From assembly GCA_023136205.1 (NCBI GenBank), contig JAGLRQ010000040.1, positions 1 through 32,000 of the forward strand: a stretch of DNA of 32,000 nucleotides. Direction: 5' to 3'. This DNA comes from Candidatus Auribacterota bacterium (GTDB lineage: Bacteria; Auribacterota; UBA6266). Below, one piece after another: positions 21,056 to 29,114 of this stretch; positions within the stretch are counted from its first letter, which is position 1, and the number at the start of each line of letters is the position of its first letter. Under the pieces are notes generated by a model. The model searched no databases and was not told where the DNA came from. It saw nothing but the letters and a program-made list of their open reading frames with translations. The translations under genes and the position numbers were made by a program.

Positions 21056-21869
21056 GCCATCTTTTGCTGATGCCCTTTCTGAAGTAAAAAAGATTGCGGA
21101 TGATTTAAGCATTCCTTTTTTCCTTATTGGAGCAAAAGCAAGGGATTGTATACTTGAGTACCATTATGATATTAGATCCCCTCGAGTTACTGAAGACATA
21201 GATATAGCTGTGCTGGTACCAGATTGGGAGAAATACAAAACCTTAACAGATGCCTTGCTTGCCACCAGTAAATTTTCTAAAGAAAAGCAAAAACAAAGAT
21301 ATGCTTACAATGATACCCTTATTGACATAGTTCCCTTTGGCCCTATTTCCGGCAAGAATAAAGAAGTAAAATGGCCTCCGGAATGTGAAGTCATTATGAG
21401 TACTTTTGGCTTTGAGGAAATCTACAAACATGCTATTACCCTTAGACTTCGTGATAACCCGATACTTGATGTAAAAATGCCCACGATTCCAGGGCTGGCA
21501 ATAATGAAATTAATATCATGGAGTGAAAGAAATTCCCCCGAACGGCAAAAAGATGCAAAAGATTTATTATTCATTATGAAAAACTATGAAGATGCTGGAA
21601 TTGAATCTCGTTTATATGAAAAAGAGAGTTCGTTACTCGAGGAAGAAGGGTTTGATAACCAGCTGGCAGGAATTAGGCTTCTTGGGCGTGATATGGCAAA
21701 AATATCTAACGCTGATACTTTAGAAAAAATTAAAGAAATTTTATCTAATGAAACTGGCGATCAAACACAATACGAATTAATATCCAATATGCTTGGCATA
21801 TCGGGCAGTTTTGAAGAAACATTAATGCAATTAGAAAAATTGGAGCAGGGCGTTTCAGAGGTTTTATAA
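21018..21869 (+). CDS. Nucleotidyltransferase-fold protein, AbiEii/AbiGii-like toxin (putative)
   Basis: 283 aa. It overlaps the upstream gene by 38 nt, with AAGGA 6 nt upstream of the ATG. The minimal NTase motif is FFLIGAKARDCIL...RVTEDIDIAVLV (G-x-[SA] ... DxD). Confidence 0.6.
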   Translation: MNNIFSDISKKIEPSFADALSEVKKIADDLSIPFFLIGAKARDCILEYHYDIRSPRVTEDIDIAVLVPDWEKYKTLTDALLATSKFSKEKQKQRYAYNDTLIDIVPFGPISGKNKEVKWPPECEVIMSTFGFEEIYKHAITLRLRDNPILDVKMPTIPGLAIMKLISWSERNSPERQKDAKDLLFIMKNYEDAGIESRLYEKESSLLEEEGFDNQLAGIRLLGRDMAKISNADTLEKIKEILSNETGDQTQYELISNMLGISGSFEETLMQLEKLEQGVSEVL

Positions 21870-22150
21870 AAAGGCTATGGAAGTATGACTAGAAACGAAA
21901 CCCCAAGATGTTTCTATAAAATGAGTTATGTGTTATGAACAACAAAAACCCCGGACTCATAGAACGATTTTTCACCTGGTTATTCGCACCGGTGAATGAT
22001 ATTGTTGAAGATACAACTGATTTAATAGCTGAGAAAGTAAGTAAGAAAATTAAGGAAGATAAGTTGCAGGAAGAAGGGGATGTGGGAAGCGAATAGGAAA
22101 TAGGTGTCTGTCCCTAATTTTTTAATTTTTTCTACTAATTTTTTCTACTA

Positions 22151-22240
22151 CGCAAAAGAAAATCATGCGGTCATGTATGGCAGGGGAGGCCAAGTAAGAA
22201 AAGATAGAAACCGGCAGAAAAAGGCGCTGTCCCCTTTACC
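22151..22240 (+). repeat. 90-bp direct repeat, copy A
   Basis: CGCAAAAGAAAATCATGCGGTCATGTATGGCAGGGGAGGCCAAG...GGCGCTGTCCCCTTTACC. It matches 22532-22621 with a single mismatch (G/A). Confidence 0.85.
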
Positions 22241-22423
22241 CTTTCAAGAAAATACTGAAAGAGCAGGGTGAGATTTTCTTTCGTGCTATCACATCAAAAA
22301 AGGAGAAACAATTTTTAATCGGCGGAGGGTGGAAGTGGTTGTAGGGAAAAAGGGTAATTAAGTGTTGTGTCACCCGATTACCTGCGAAAAAATAAACCGG
22401 GACCTAGTCGGAAAGATAGTTAA

Positions 22424-22588
22424 GTGTTCTGTCCCCGGAATTGCGGAATTGCCCTTGGAACTCCAAACGATAAAGAATCTTTTTCAAAGGCATTCAATAT
22501 CCTTGCTATGAGGTACTCGCAGTATATAAACCGCAAAAGAAAATCATGCGGTCATGTATGGCAGGGGAGACCAAGTAAGAAAAGATAG
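22424..22588 (+). pseudogene. Fragment of an IS200/IS605-like Y1 (RAYT/COG1943-type) transposase gene
   Basis: The frame translates ...GTPNDKESFSKAFNILAMRYSQYINRKRKSCGHVWQGRPSKKR*. The stretch RYsQYiNRk.r..GHvWQGR matches the conserved Y..yfNrr..r.GHlWQGRyks block of this family. The HUH and Tyr regions are missing, so it is a truncated remnant. Confidence 0.5.
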
Positions 22589-22621
22589 AAACCGGCAGAA
22601 AAAGGCGCTGTCCCCTTTACC
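22532..22621 (+). repeat. 90-bp direct repeat, copy B (contains the 3' end of the transposase remnant)
   Basis: See copy A; the two copies are offset by 381 bp. Confidence 0.85.
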
Positions 22622-22643
22622 TTTACCTTTACCTTTACCTTTA
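22614..22643 (+). repeat. Hexanucleotide microsatellite (CCTTTA)x5
   Basis: Five perfect units, counted directly. It lies 65 nt upstream of the ATG of the 526-aa ORF. Copy A of the 90-bp repeat carries only one unit. Confidence 0.9.
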
Positions 22644-22707
22644 CCGGAATTTTTAAAAACGCGATTAATTTTATTGTAAGTTAATCGTCAAGATGATGTG
22701 AGTCGGT

Positions 22708-24288
22708 ATGTCAAATAAGAATAAAAAGCAAAAACGTTTTTCATCAATAAACAAGCATAAACGTGATGGGCGGATGCTTCGTTCTATGCCTGCCGATATG
22801 AAAGTTGACCTAATTGATTGGGAGCGAGATTTGATGCCGGAGCATATTTGGATAGATTTGCTCGCTGAGGAATATAAAGATAAGCCATGGCACAAAATTT
22901 ATGAACATTTTTTAGATGAATTGGATGCTGTTGGAAAAGGTATCCATTTGTTTGGATTGATTTCAGATTTTGGTCTAATCCCTGAAGATGCCCGCAAAAA
23001 ATTCGCATTATCAAAACAGGAGTTGATTTACGAGGCATTTTATAAACCCATCGGTGGCATTTTAAGCTTATATCCAGATAGCCCTGCAAGTTGGATGATT
23101 CTTGATGAGCACAAACAGGCTGATAATATAAACTTTGAGACTGAACTCGCAAGGTTGGCTAATTCCCTCAAAAGACTTATTAAGGCAAAAGATTTATATG
23201 CCGGACATATACGGATGATGCCATTTACAAGAGCAATAAAACATGGATTGGTTAAGATACCCCTTGACGAAAAGGAGATCGATATGCTTACACGATACCC
23301 TACCGGATGCAGTGAGGAGGAGCGGTATTCTATACAACAGCATGCAAGGGTAATAATGAATAGCCAGTATATGATAAACGACATATATCAGAAGAAGGTG
23401 TGGCCGAAATATTTTTGGAGACATAATTATAACTTAGTGCCTTGCCATCCCGTAAAAAAGTCATTGGATAGTGGTGATGATATTGATGTGGGGAAAATGA
23501 AATCTTTGCAAGAGCGAATTTGGACAAACTGTATAAGAATGATGAAATATCTTGATAAAATTGCTCAGCAGTATAAATACGATTTATTCGATCCGTTTAA
23601 GGATGAAATATTACTTGGACTTTTTTCAAGAGTTGTTCGCTTGTATATATCATTTGCCGCGAATCCGTTTTTATGGAATCGAGATCTCTCTGGGCTCATG
23701 TTGCGGTGCATCGGTGAAACAACTATATTGTTCTTTTATTTTGCGAATAAGGCCACTGATGAAGAATTTAGAAATTTTAAGAATTACTCTCAAGGGAAAG
23801 ATAAATTGTTGATGCTTCATTTACAAGATACGTTGTTATACGGCAAGTCTTTAGATGGTAAGAATATTGATCAGATCGCCCAAGATATTGGTGGAGGTTT
23901 GATAGCAGAAATGATGCCAATTGATTTAAAAGGATGGACTACAAAAAACATTCGTGATTTAGCATTGGAAACTGGATTAGAGCGAATTTATCGATGGGTT
24001 ATAGATCCATGTAGCTCTGAATTGCACGGATCATGGTCTAGTCTGCAGAAGTCTAATCTTGTTATTTGTGCCCAGATATTGCATCGTTTTCATAAGGTTC
24101 CGAAATTTTTCGAACCTCCTATAAGATTATTAACCCTATATGTTGCCAAAGAGATTTACTTACAGGCAAAGGAAAATGGCGTAAATAAACTTGGATTTCC
24201 AGAGCCTAATGAGACCTTGGATGAAATAGAGGAAATAAAAGCAGCCTATGACAAAGTGGTTAAAGATTATCAAGAGACAAATGTGTGA
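22708..24288 (+). CDS. Hypothetical 526-aa protein; C-terminal half resembles DUF5677-type helical domain (tentative)
   Basis: A long uninterrupted ORF in an AT-rich island. I recognise no catalytic motif. The segment MLRCIGETTILFFYFANKATDEEF...NIRDLALETGLERIYRWVIDPCSSELHGSWSSL resembles the pattern I associate with DUF5677 proteins found in defence islands. The SD is weak. Confidence 0.6.
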   Translation: MSNKNKKQKRFSSINKHKRDGRMLRSMPADMKVDLIDWERDLMPEHIWIDLLAEEYKDKPWHKIYEHFLDELDAVGKGIHLFGLISDFGLIPEDARKKFALSKQELIYEAFYKPIGGILSLYPDSPASWMILDEHKQADNINFETELARLANSLKRLIKAKDLYAGHIRMMPFTRAIKHGLVKIPLDEKEIDMLTRYPTGCSEEERYSIQQHARVIMNSQYMINDIYQKKVWPKYFWRHNYNLVPCHPVKKSLDSGDDIDVGKMKSLQERIWTNCIRMMKYLDKIAQQYKYDLFDPFKDEILLGLFSRVVRLYISFAANPFLWNRDLSGLMLRCIGETTILFFYFANKATDEEFRNFKNYSQGKDKLLMLHLQDTLLYGKSLDGKNIDQIAQDIGGGLIAEMMPIDLKGWTTKNIRDLALETGLERIYRWVIDPCSSELHGSWSSLQKSNLVICAQILHRFHKVPKFFEPPIRLLTLYVAKEIYLQAKENGVNKLGFPEPNETLDEIEEIKAAYDKVVKDYQETNV

Positions 24289-24427
24289 TCGCAGTTTCGG
24301 GGACACGATACTTAATTGCCCAATAGAGATTAGCCGGGATAATTAGTGACACTTTCCATATTATTGAAAGATTTCCTTACTCTCCTTCCTATTGTAACCA
24401 CTTTTCTTCCATGCTAAAATACCTATC

Positions 24428-25309
24428 ATGAATTTTGATTTTAATCCAAACACAAAAGAGTTTTCATTTAAAAATGCTTTGGTACTTGCTGAAGCATCAG
24501 AATTAGCCTACAAATCTCAGGCGGAATATGAAAAGATTCTTAAAGAAGAATGGGGATTCTCGGATGTTTACCCCTTAGATAAAAAAGAAACCCAGGGTTT
24601 TATTGCTAAAAAAGCTGATATGATATTAATTGCTTTTCGAGGCACGGAAGAAACAAAGAACGAAGATATATTCACAGATATATTAGCGTGCCAGACAAAA
24701 ACAGAACTGGGGAAAGTCCATTACGGATTTTTACGGGCGCTTAAAGCTGTCTGGAAGGATATTGTGACAGCAGTTAAAAATTATCAGGACAACAATCAAC
24801 CTGTATGGATTGCAGGGCATAGCCTGGGAGGGGCTCTAGCCGCCCTTGCCGCAGCTAAGCTTGTATCGATAGATGCATGTCAAAACATTGGTGGGGTATA
24901 TACATTTGGACAACCGATGATAGGAGATAAAGATTTTAAAGAAAAGTTTGAAAAGTTACTTCCAAGCGGAGCTTATAGAGTTACCAACTTTAAAGATCCA
25001 GTTACTTTAGTGCCATTGAATATTAATTTAAAGATATGGGGAAAGCGCATAATTTTCCAATACGATCATGCGGGTAAAATTATATTGTTTAATGAATCCG
25101 GGAAAATAGCTAAATCCGGAGATTTAATTACACGATGGGCGTTAATTTTAGTAGCTGTTTTAGGTTTTTTTGCTGCGTTTATTGTTAAAATGCTAAGAAA
25201 AGTGAAAACACCAGGCGAAATGTTAAAATGGGTTAAAAGTCTGGCAAAACCTCATGGATTAGATCAATATAAAGAAAATATTATTAAGAATTTGGGGTAC
25301 GAGAAGTAA
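24428..25309 (+). CDS. Class 3 lipase-family alpha/beta hydrolase with a C-proximal hydrophobic segment
   Basis: 293 aa. Lipase_3 motifs appear in order: ILIAFRGTE, VWIAGHSLGGALAALAA (nucleophile elbow), YTFGQPMIGD, TNFKDPVTLVP (Asp), PHGLDQY (candidate His). The hydrophobic stretch WALILVAVLGFFAAFIV sits between the Asp and His regions. No obvious SD. Confidence 0.85.
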   Translation: MNFDFNPNTKEFSFKNALVLAEASELAYKSQAEYEKILKEEWGFSDVYPLDKKETQGFIAKKADMILIAFRGTEETKNEDIFTDILACQTKTELGKVHYGFLRALKAVWKDIVTAVKNYQDNNQPVWIAGHSLGGALAALAAAKLVSIDACQNIGGVYTFGQPMIGDKDFKEKFEKLLPSGAYRVTNFKDPVTLVPLNINLKIWGKRIIFQYDHAGKIILFNESGKIAKSGDLITRWALILVAVLGFFAAFIVKMLRKVKTPGEMLKWVKSLAKPHGLDQYKENIIKNLGYEK

Positions 25310-25368
25310 AAAGATTGAAATGGAGGTTCAAATTATTTTTCTTATTGAGCGTGTCGTCAATAAATTAA

Positions 25369-26700
25369 TTAGGTGTCTGGCTCTGTTTTTTTCTTTTTGG
25401 GAAAAATGCGATCATAAAATTTTATCTCTCGATGTTCGTCACACAACAATTCAATAAATGCTAATGCCTTCTCAGACCCAATATTGTTTTCTAATAAAAT
25501 GTTCCCAAGAATTCTTAACCGACGTAGTTGCCCAGCCTCCTTGATTCTCCTTTTAAGCTGTGGATCATTCTGGATTGTATCAACGAATATCTCTGTGGCC
25601 TTTATGTCAAAATGATGAAACATTTTTTTTATGTAGGGTGCTGCACCATCAGAATAAAAGTCGGTGCGCGCAAAACGCATGCTTGTTCCTTTACAACCAA
25701 CAAATGTTTTTATAATAGCCTTAACATACATGCTCAAAGAAGAGTTAGGAATAAACTTAGAAAGAGGCTCCAACTCTTTTATATATTTCTCTTCTTCAGG
25801 CCAGTTATCGAGTGCCGCGTGTAAATTCTTAACAATAGGGTTTATCAGCATTTTACGACTCGCGACACTTACATACATCAAACCCTGTACTAGGTTTATG
25901 TAGGCAAGACCTCTATTAATTTTGTCTTTGTCTCCGTCGATAATTAGTTTATCAAATCTCTTGCCTATCTGCTTTTTGTCTTCCTTCGTTATAGTATACC
26001 ATAGTGTAGGAGCGCAGAATTCAATATTACCCCGCAATTCACTTGAAATTTTTGCACCCACATATGTGGTAAAAAAGCGATTAGATAATTCGGTTTTGTA
26101 AATTGAGGGGAGATCTGAAAATGCCTGCTCTATTGCAATTTCATTACGGTTATAAGAGCTGCTATCCATCTGAAACAAATAAGTAGAGATATCAATGATT
26201 GATGGAGGAAAGTCTTCAGATAAAACATATTTGTTGCAATCAGAAATTAAGTTAAGGACCTTTATAAGGTTAGGGTCGGAAGTTTTTGGGTGTCCGTAGA
26301 ACATGTTCCGTGTTTCCCTGGCTTGGTGCATTAATTTTCGCCCCTCCCAACCGAGAACCCCAATTTTATATGCACCCTCTATAAGGTCATGTTCTGTAAC
26401 ATGATCCTGGAAGTCCTCATATTTCTCGATTTTTTTCTTCGGGGTCATTTCTTTATTGAAAAGATCGATGCTTCGGTGGAGTATCTTTTGGCGTAAGTCA
26501 TCTACTACCGCATTCCAATATGCCCCGATAGCGCTCCTATAACCCTTAACAGGCAATACCTTTAATGCCTCTTTAAGATAAGGGCAATCTTTGACTTCCT
26601 CTCGTACATTCGCAAATTCCTTTGACAAAAGAGAGCTTTCCTCGCTGGTCAATAGTTTCTTCCTCGTATTGTCAGTTGTTACTAATTCACCTTTTTTCAT
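25369..26700 (-). CDS. Hypothetical 443-aa protein with N-terminal HEPN-like helical domain (tentative)
   Basis: SD AGAGGA lies 7 nt upstream of the ATG on the minus strand. The N-terminal helices YRSAIGAYWNAVVDDLRQKI ... LMHQARETRNMFYGHP contain an R-x5-H (RNxxxxH) motif compatible with HEPN Rx4-6H. The rest is helical and unassigned. Confidence 0.6.
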   Translation of the reverse strand: MKKGELVTTDNTRKKLLTSEESSLLSKEFANVREEVKDCPYLKEALKVLPVKGYRSAIGAYWNAVVDDLRQKILHRSIDLFNKEMTPKKKIEKYEDFQDHVTEHDLIEGAYKIGVLGWEGRKLMHQARETRNMFYGHPKTSDPNLIKVLNLISDCNKYVLSEDFPPSIIDISTYLFQMDSSSYNRNEIAIEQAFSDLPSIYKTELSNRFFTTYVGAKISSELRGNIEFCAPTLWYTITKEDKKQIGKRFDKLIIDGDKDKINRGLAYINLVQGLMYVSVASRKMLINPIVKNLHAALDNWPEEEKYIKELEPLSKFIPNSSLSMYVKAIIKTFVGCKGTSMRFARTDFYSDGAAPYIKKMFHHFDIKATEIFVDTIQNDPQLKRRIKEAGQLRRLRILGNILLENNIGSEKALAFIELLCDEHREIKFYDRIFPKKKKTEPDT

Positions 26701-26929
26701 GATCTATCCTCTCGTTCTGTTAAGCTGACCGCCTGCAACTAGCTTAACATTACTGATATATAAGAAATTTTCTCTAATATAACATTTTCCATCTATTTTT
26801 TTATATATGCTCAACTACCACATTTTAAGTGGGAGAGCATATGATCGTCAATATAAAATTCAAGCCTAGCCCTGAATTAAAGCTTCTGGATCAAGCACTA
26901 CTACAAAATTCCGATGACACAACACCCAA

Positions 26930-27130
26930 TCACCCAAACAACCCCTCCCTAACGTAAATCTCAAACACATTATTCCTTAACCTAATCTTTCGAATTTGGG
27001 ATTTCGGTATCCAGGTTTTCTCTACATTTTCAACAAGGACAGCCTTTTCAGTTTCATGAAGTATTCTAACTTGGGTCCAGACATATCTTGGTTTTGGATA
27101 TAAAAGTTTGTAGATGCTAAATGGCCACAT
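26930..27130 (-). CDS. Small hypothetical protein (66 aa)
   Basis: ORF only, with no SD before the ATG. The segment ETEKAVLV...WIPKSQI looks like small phage/plasmid-borne proteins I have seen, but I cannot name a family. Confidence 0.3.
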   Translation of the reverse strand: MWPFSIYKLLYPKPRYVWTQVRILHETEKAVLVENVEKTWIPKSQIRKIRLRNNVFEIYVREGLFG

Positions 27131-27452
27131 AGTGTTAGAAAAAAGGGACAGTCCACGCGCTCGCTTCGCTTGCTTGGGACTTTCCCCATTTTCTTTAGCT
27201 CCACCCCCCGCCGTTTTGGAAAGAAAAACGAAGACGCGGGGGTTTCCAACACATAATTTGAGGGAAAGGGGAACATTTACATGTGGTGATAACTGATATT
27301 AGCTGTAGCAAGGTGATGTTGTATGTGCTTGGGATGGGGCTTGGATGATTTGTGTGGGAATTTGATGATGTGTTTAAAAGGACTGGCGGAGAGGGAGGGA
27401 ATATTCACCGCGTCTTCTTAATAGTTATCTTTTTTATTTCTTTCTTATTTTT

Positions 27453-27482
27453 ATCTGTGTCAATCTGTGTTCATCTGTGGTT
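27453..27482 (-). repeat. Decamer-periodic element (right, inverted copy)
   Basis: The plus strand reads ATCTGTGTCAATCTGTGTTCATCTGTGGTT. Its reverse complement AACCACAGATGAACACAGATTGACACAGAT matches 17577-17606 at 26 of 30 positions. Confidence 0.75.
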
Positions 27483-27531
27483 ATTTTTTTTTAACTATTC
27501 ACTAGATACAAGATACTAGATACTGCTTTTA

Positions 27532-28167
27532 TTACTTAAAAACCGTTCCTGTTTCCATCGACCAGAAAAGTAAATCCAGCTCATCCATAGGGATGCCTGC
27601 TTTTTTTGAAAAGCGTTCTAAATTTTTCTCCATAGAGAGATATTCTTTTTTAGAAATAATTTTTGGGATTTTTTTGATAATTTTCAGTTTAAGCATGTTT
27701 CTTAAGATGTGAATATCAAGAATAGCGAGATTTTTTCCCTGTCCGATATTTCTTAGAAAGTGGCTTGCTTCTTTATAACCAAGGCCCTTTACATTTTTTA
27801 CCAGCCAGCCGCGTGTTTCATCAATATTTAAGGTGTTAATTTTATTTTTAATACACAGGCGGTTTTTCTTAGCAAACAGATTTCGGGCTTCAATAATATA
27901 TCTTGTTTTATTATTGTGAAATCTTACGCCGTTTATTTTGAGAGCGGGGCTTATTTGAGCAAAGCTTCCGTTGAAAAGAACCCCGGTTTCTTCAAGAGAG
28001 GAAATTGCTTTATCACACATTACGGCTTTTGACTGCGGCGTGCACAGGCAGAAACAAAGCTCCGCGAAGATTTTTTTATCCGCTTTTTTCCATGTGGACT
28101 GAAAATCAGCCAGCCTTTTTTTTATTGTGAGCTTTTTCGCCTTGTAACAGCTTAATAGTTCTCGCAT
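27532..28167 (-). CDS. ogg: 8-oxoguanine DNA glycosylase / N-glycosylase-DNA lyase (Ogg2-type HhH-GPD)
   Basis: It has [30 protein letters not shown] (HhH with catalytic Lys, then Asp). I chose the start at the second Met (MRELLSCYK..., ATG 28167), which gives a typical length of about 211 aa. The ORF-track start is 28209. Either start overlaps the rubrerythrin 3' end. Confidence 0.8.
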   Translation of the reverse strand: MRELLSCYKAKKLTIKKRLADFQSTWKKADKKIFAELCFCLCTPQSKAVMCDKAISSLEETGVLFNGSFAQISPALKINGVRFHNNKTRYIIEARNLFAKKNRLCIKNKINTLNIDETRGWLVKNVKGLGYKEASHFLRNIGQGKNLAILDIHILRNMLKLKIIKKIPKIISKKEYLSMEKNLERFSKKAGIPMDELDLLFWSMETGTVFK

Positions 28168-28745
28168 AGCACTTCGTAGTAAGCCTGTGGATGCAGGCAG
28201 GCCGGACATTCGTCAGGGGCCTCGGCGCCTTCGTGAATGTATCCGCAGTTTCTGCATTTCCAGAGTACTTTGCCGCTCTTCTTAAATACGGTACCGCTTT
28301 CGATGTTAGCGGCAAGTTTCAAATATCTTTTTTCATGCGCGACTTCGACTTCTGCTATTTCTCTGAATTGCTTTGCTATTTCCGGGAATCCTTCTTCATC
28401 GGCTGTTTTTGCCGCTTGGGGGTAAAGTTTAGTGTGCTCTTCGTTTTCACCGGCAGCCGCGGATTTAAGGTTCTGAAGCGTATTTCCAAGTGAAACAGGG
28501 TAGTCGGCTTCGACCTTAGATGCCGCAGGTTCCTGCGCGCCAAGTTCCTTAACTAAAATTTTAAAAAATCTTTTAGCATGTTCTTTTTCGTTATCCGCGG
28601 TTTCCTGCAATATCGCTTCGATTTGCATATAACCTTCTTTTTTCGCCGCTGAAGCGTAATAGGTGTACCTGTTTCTTGCCTGTGATTCACCCGCGAATGA
28701 CGCGATAAGATTTTTTTCTGTTTCTGTTCCTTTTAAATTAGCCAT
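28152..28745 (-). CDS. rbr: Rubrerythrin
   Basis: 197 aa. It has a diiron four-helix N-domain ([23 protein letters not shown]; E..H motifs) and a C-terminal rubredoxin-like CRNCGY...CPAC. Confidence 0.93.
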   Translation of the reverse strand: MANLKGTETEKNLIASFAGESQARNRYTYYASAAKKEGYMQIEAILQETADNEKEHAKRFFKILVKELGAQEPAASKVEADYPVSLGNTLQNLKSAAAGENEEHTKLYPQAAKTADEEGFPEIAKQFREIAEVEVAHEKRYLKLAANIESGTVFKKSGKVLWKCRNCGYIHEGAEAPDECPACLHPQAYYEVLCENY

Positions 28746-29091
28746 TTTTTACCTCCAGATTGTTTTCCCATATACCGTGTATATTACAGAAAGAAAGAGC
28801 GATGATATTTTTAAAGGCGCCTTTCTTAATATTTACTTTTCCCCGGGGAAGTGTGTTTTCTTCACCCAGTTCCATGGTGCTGATGTGGACAAACTTATTA
28901 TCGTTTTTTTCACCAAAAAGCTGTATATACTTAATATGGTGTTCGACTGTGCTTGGGTGCATTACTTCCTTTCCCACCTGAACAGTTACTATAAGCTCAT
29001 TACAGGAGGAACATTCTTTTACATCAATTGCCGGGACGTGTTTTTCTTTTCCCTCGGCTTCCTGTGTTTTGATGTAGTCCGCGAATTTCAT
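28738..29091 (-). CDS. Superoxide reductase (1Fe neelaredoxin/desulfoferrodoxin family)
   Basis: 117 aa with [14 protein letters not shown] and CNIHGIW (His/Cys iron ligands). Its stop region overlaps the rbr start by 8 nt. Confidence 0.88.
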   Translation of the reverse strand: MKFADYIKTQEAEGKEKHVPAIDVKECSSCNELIVTVQVGKEVMHPSTVEHHIKYIQLFGEKNDNKFVHISTMELGEENTLPRGKVNIKKGAFKNIIALSFCNIHGIWENNLEVKNG

Positions 29092-29114
29092 TTTTCTCTC
29101 CTTTTTATTTAAAT

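Noticed and set aside
22151-22621. The two 90-bp direct repeats considered as a possible CRISPR array or riboswitch pair.
   Set aside because: There are only two copies, 381 bp apart, and far longer than CRISPR repeats. There are no cas genes. The content is explained as a duplicated transposase gene fragment.
22671-23527. Minus-strand ORFs inside the 526-aa gene (22671-22895, 22784-23152, 23040-23384, 23194-23424, 23330-23527) and the plus-strand ORF 23552-23812.
   Set aside because: They overlap one another and the much longer uninterrupted 526-aa frame. They have no SDs.
27022-27296. ORFs 27022-27276 (-) and 27114-27296 (+), encoding MGKVPSKRSERVDCPFF-type peptides.
   Set aside because: They span GGGACAGTCC / GGGACTTTCCCC repeat sequences and a GC-rich hairpin (CCCCCGC...GCGGGGG, 27217-27254). 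They look like translated repeats, not genes.
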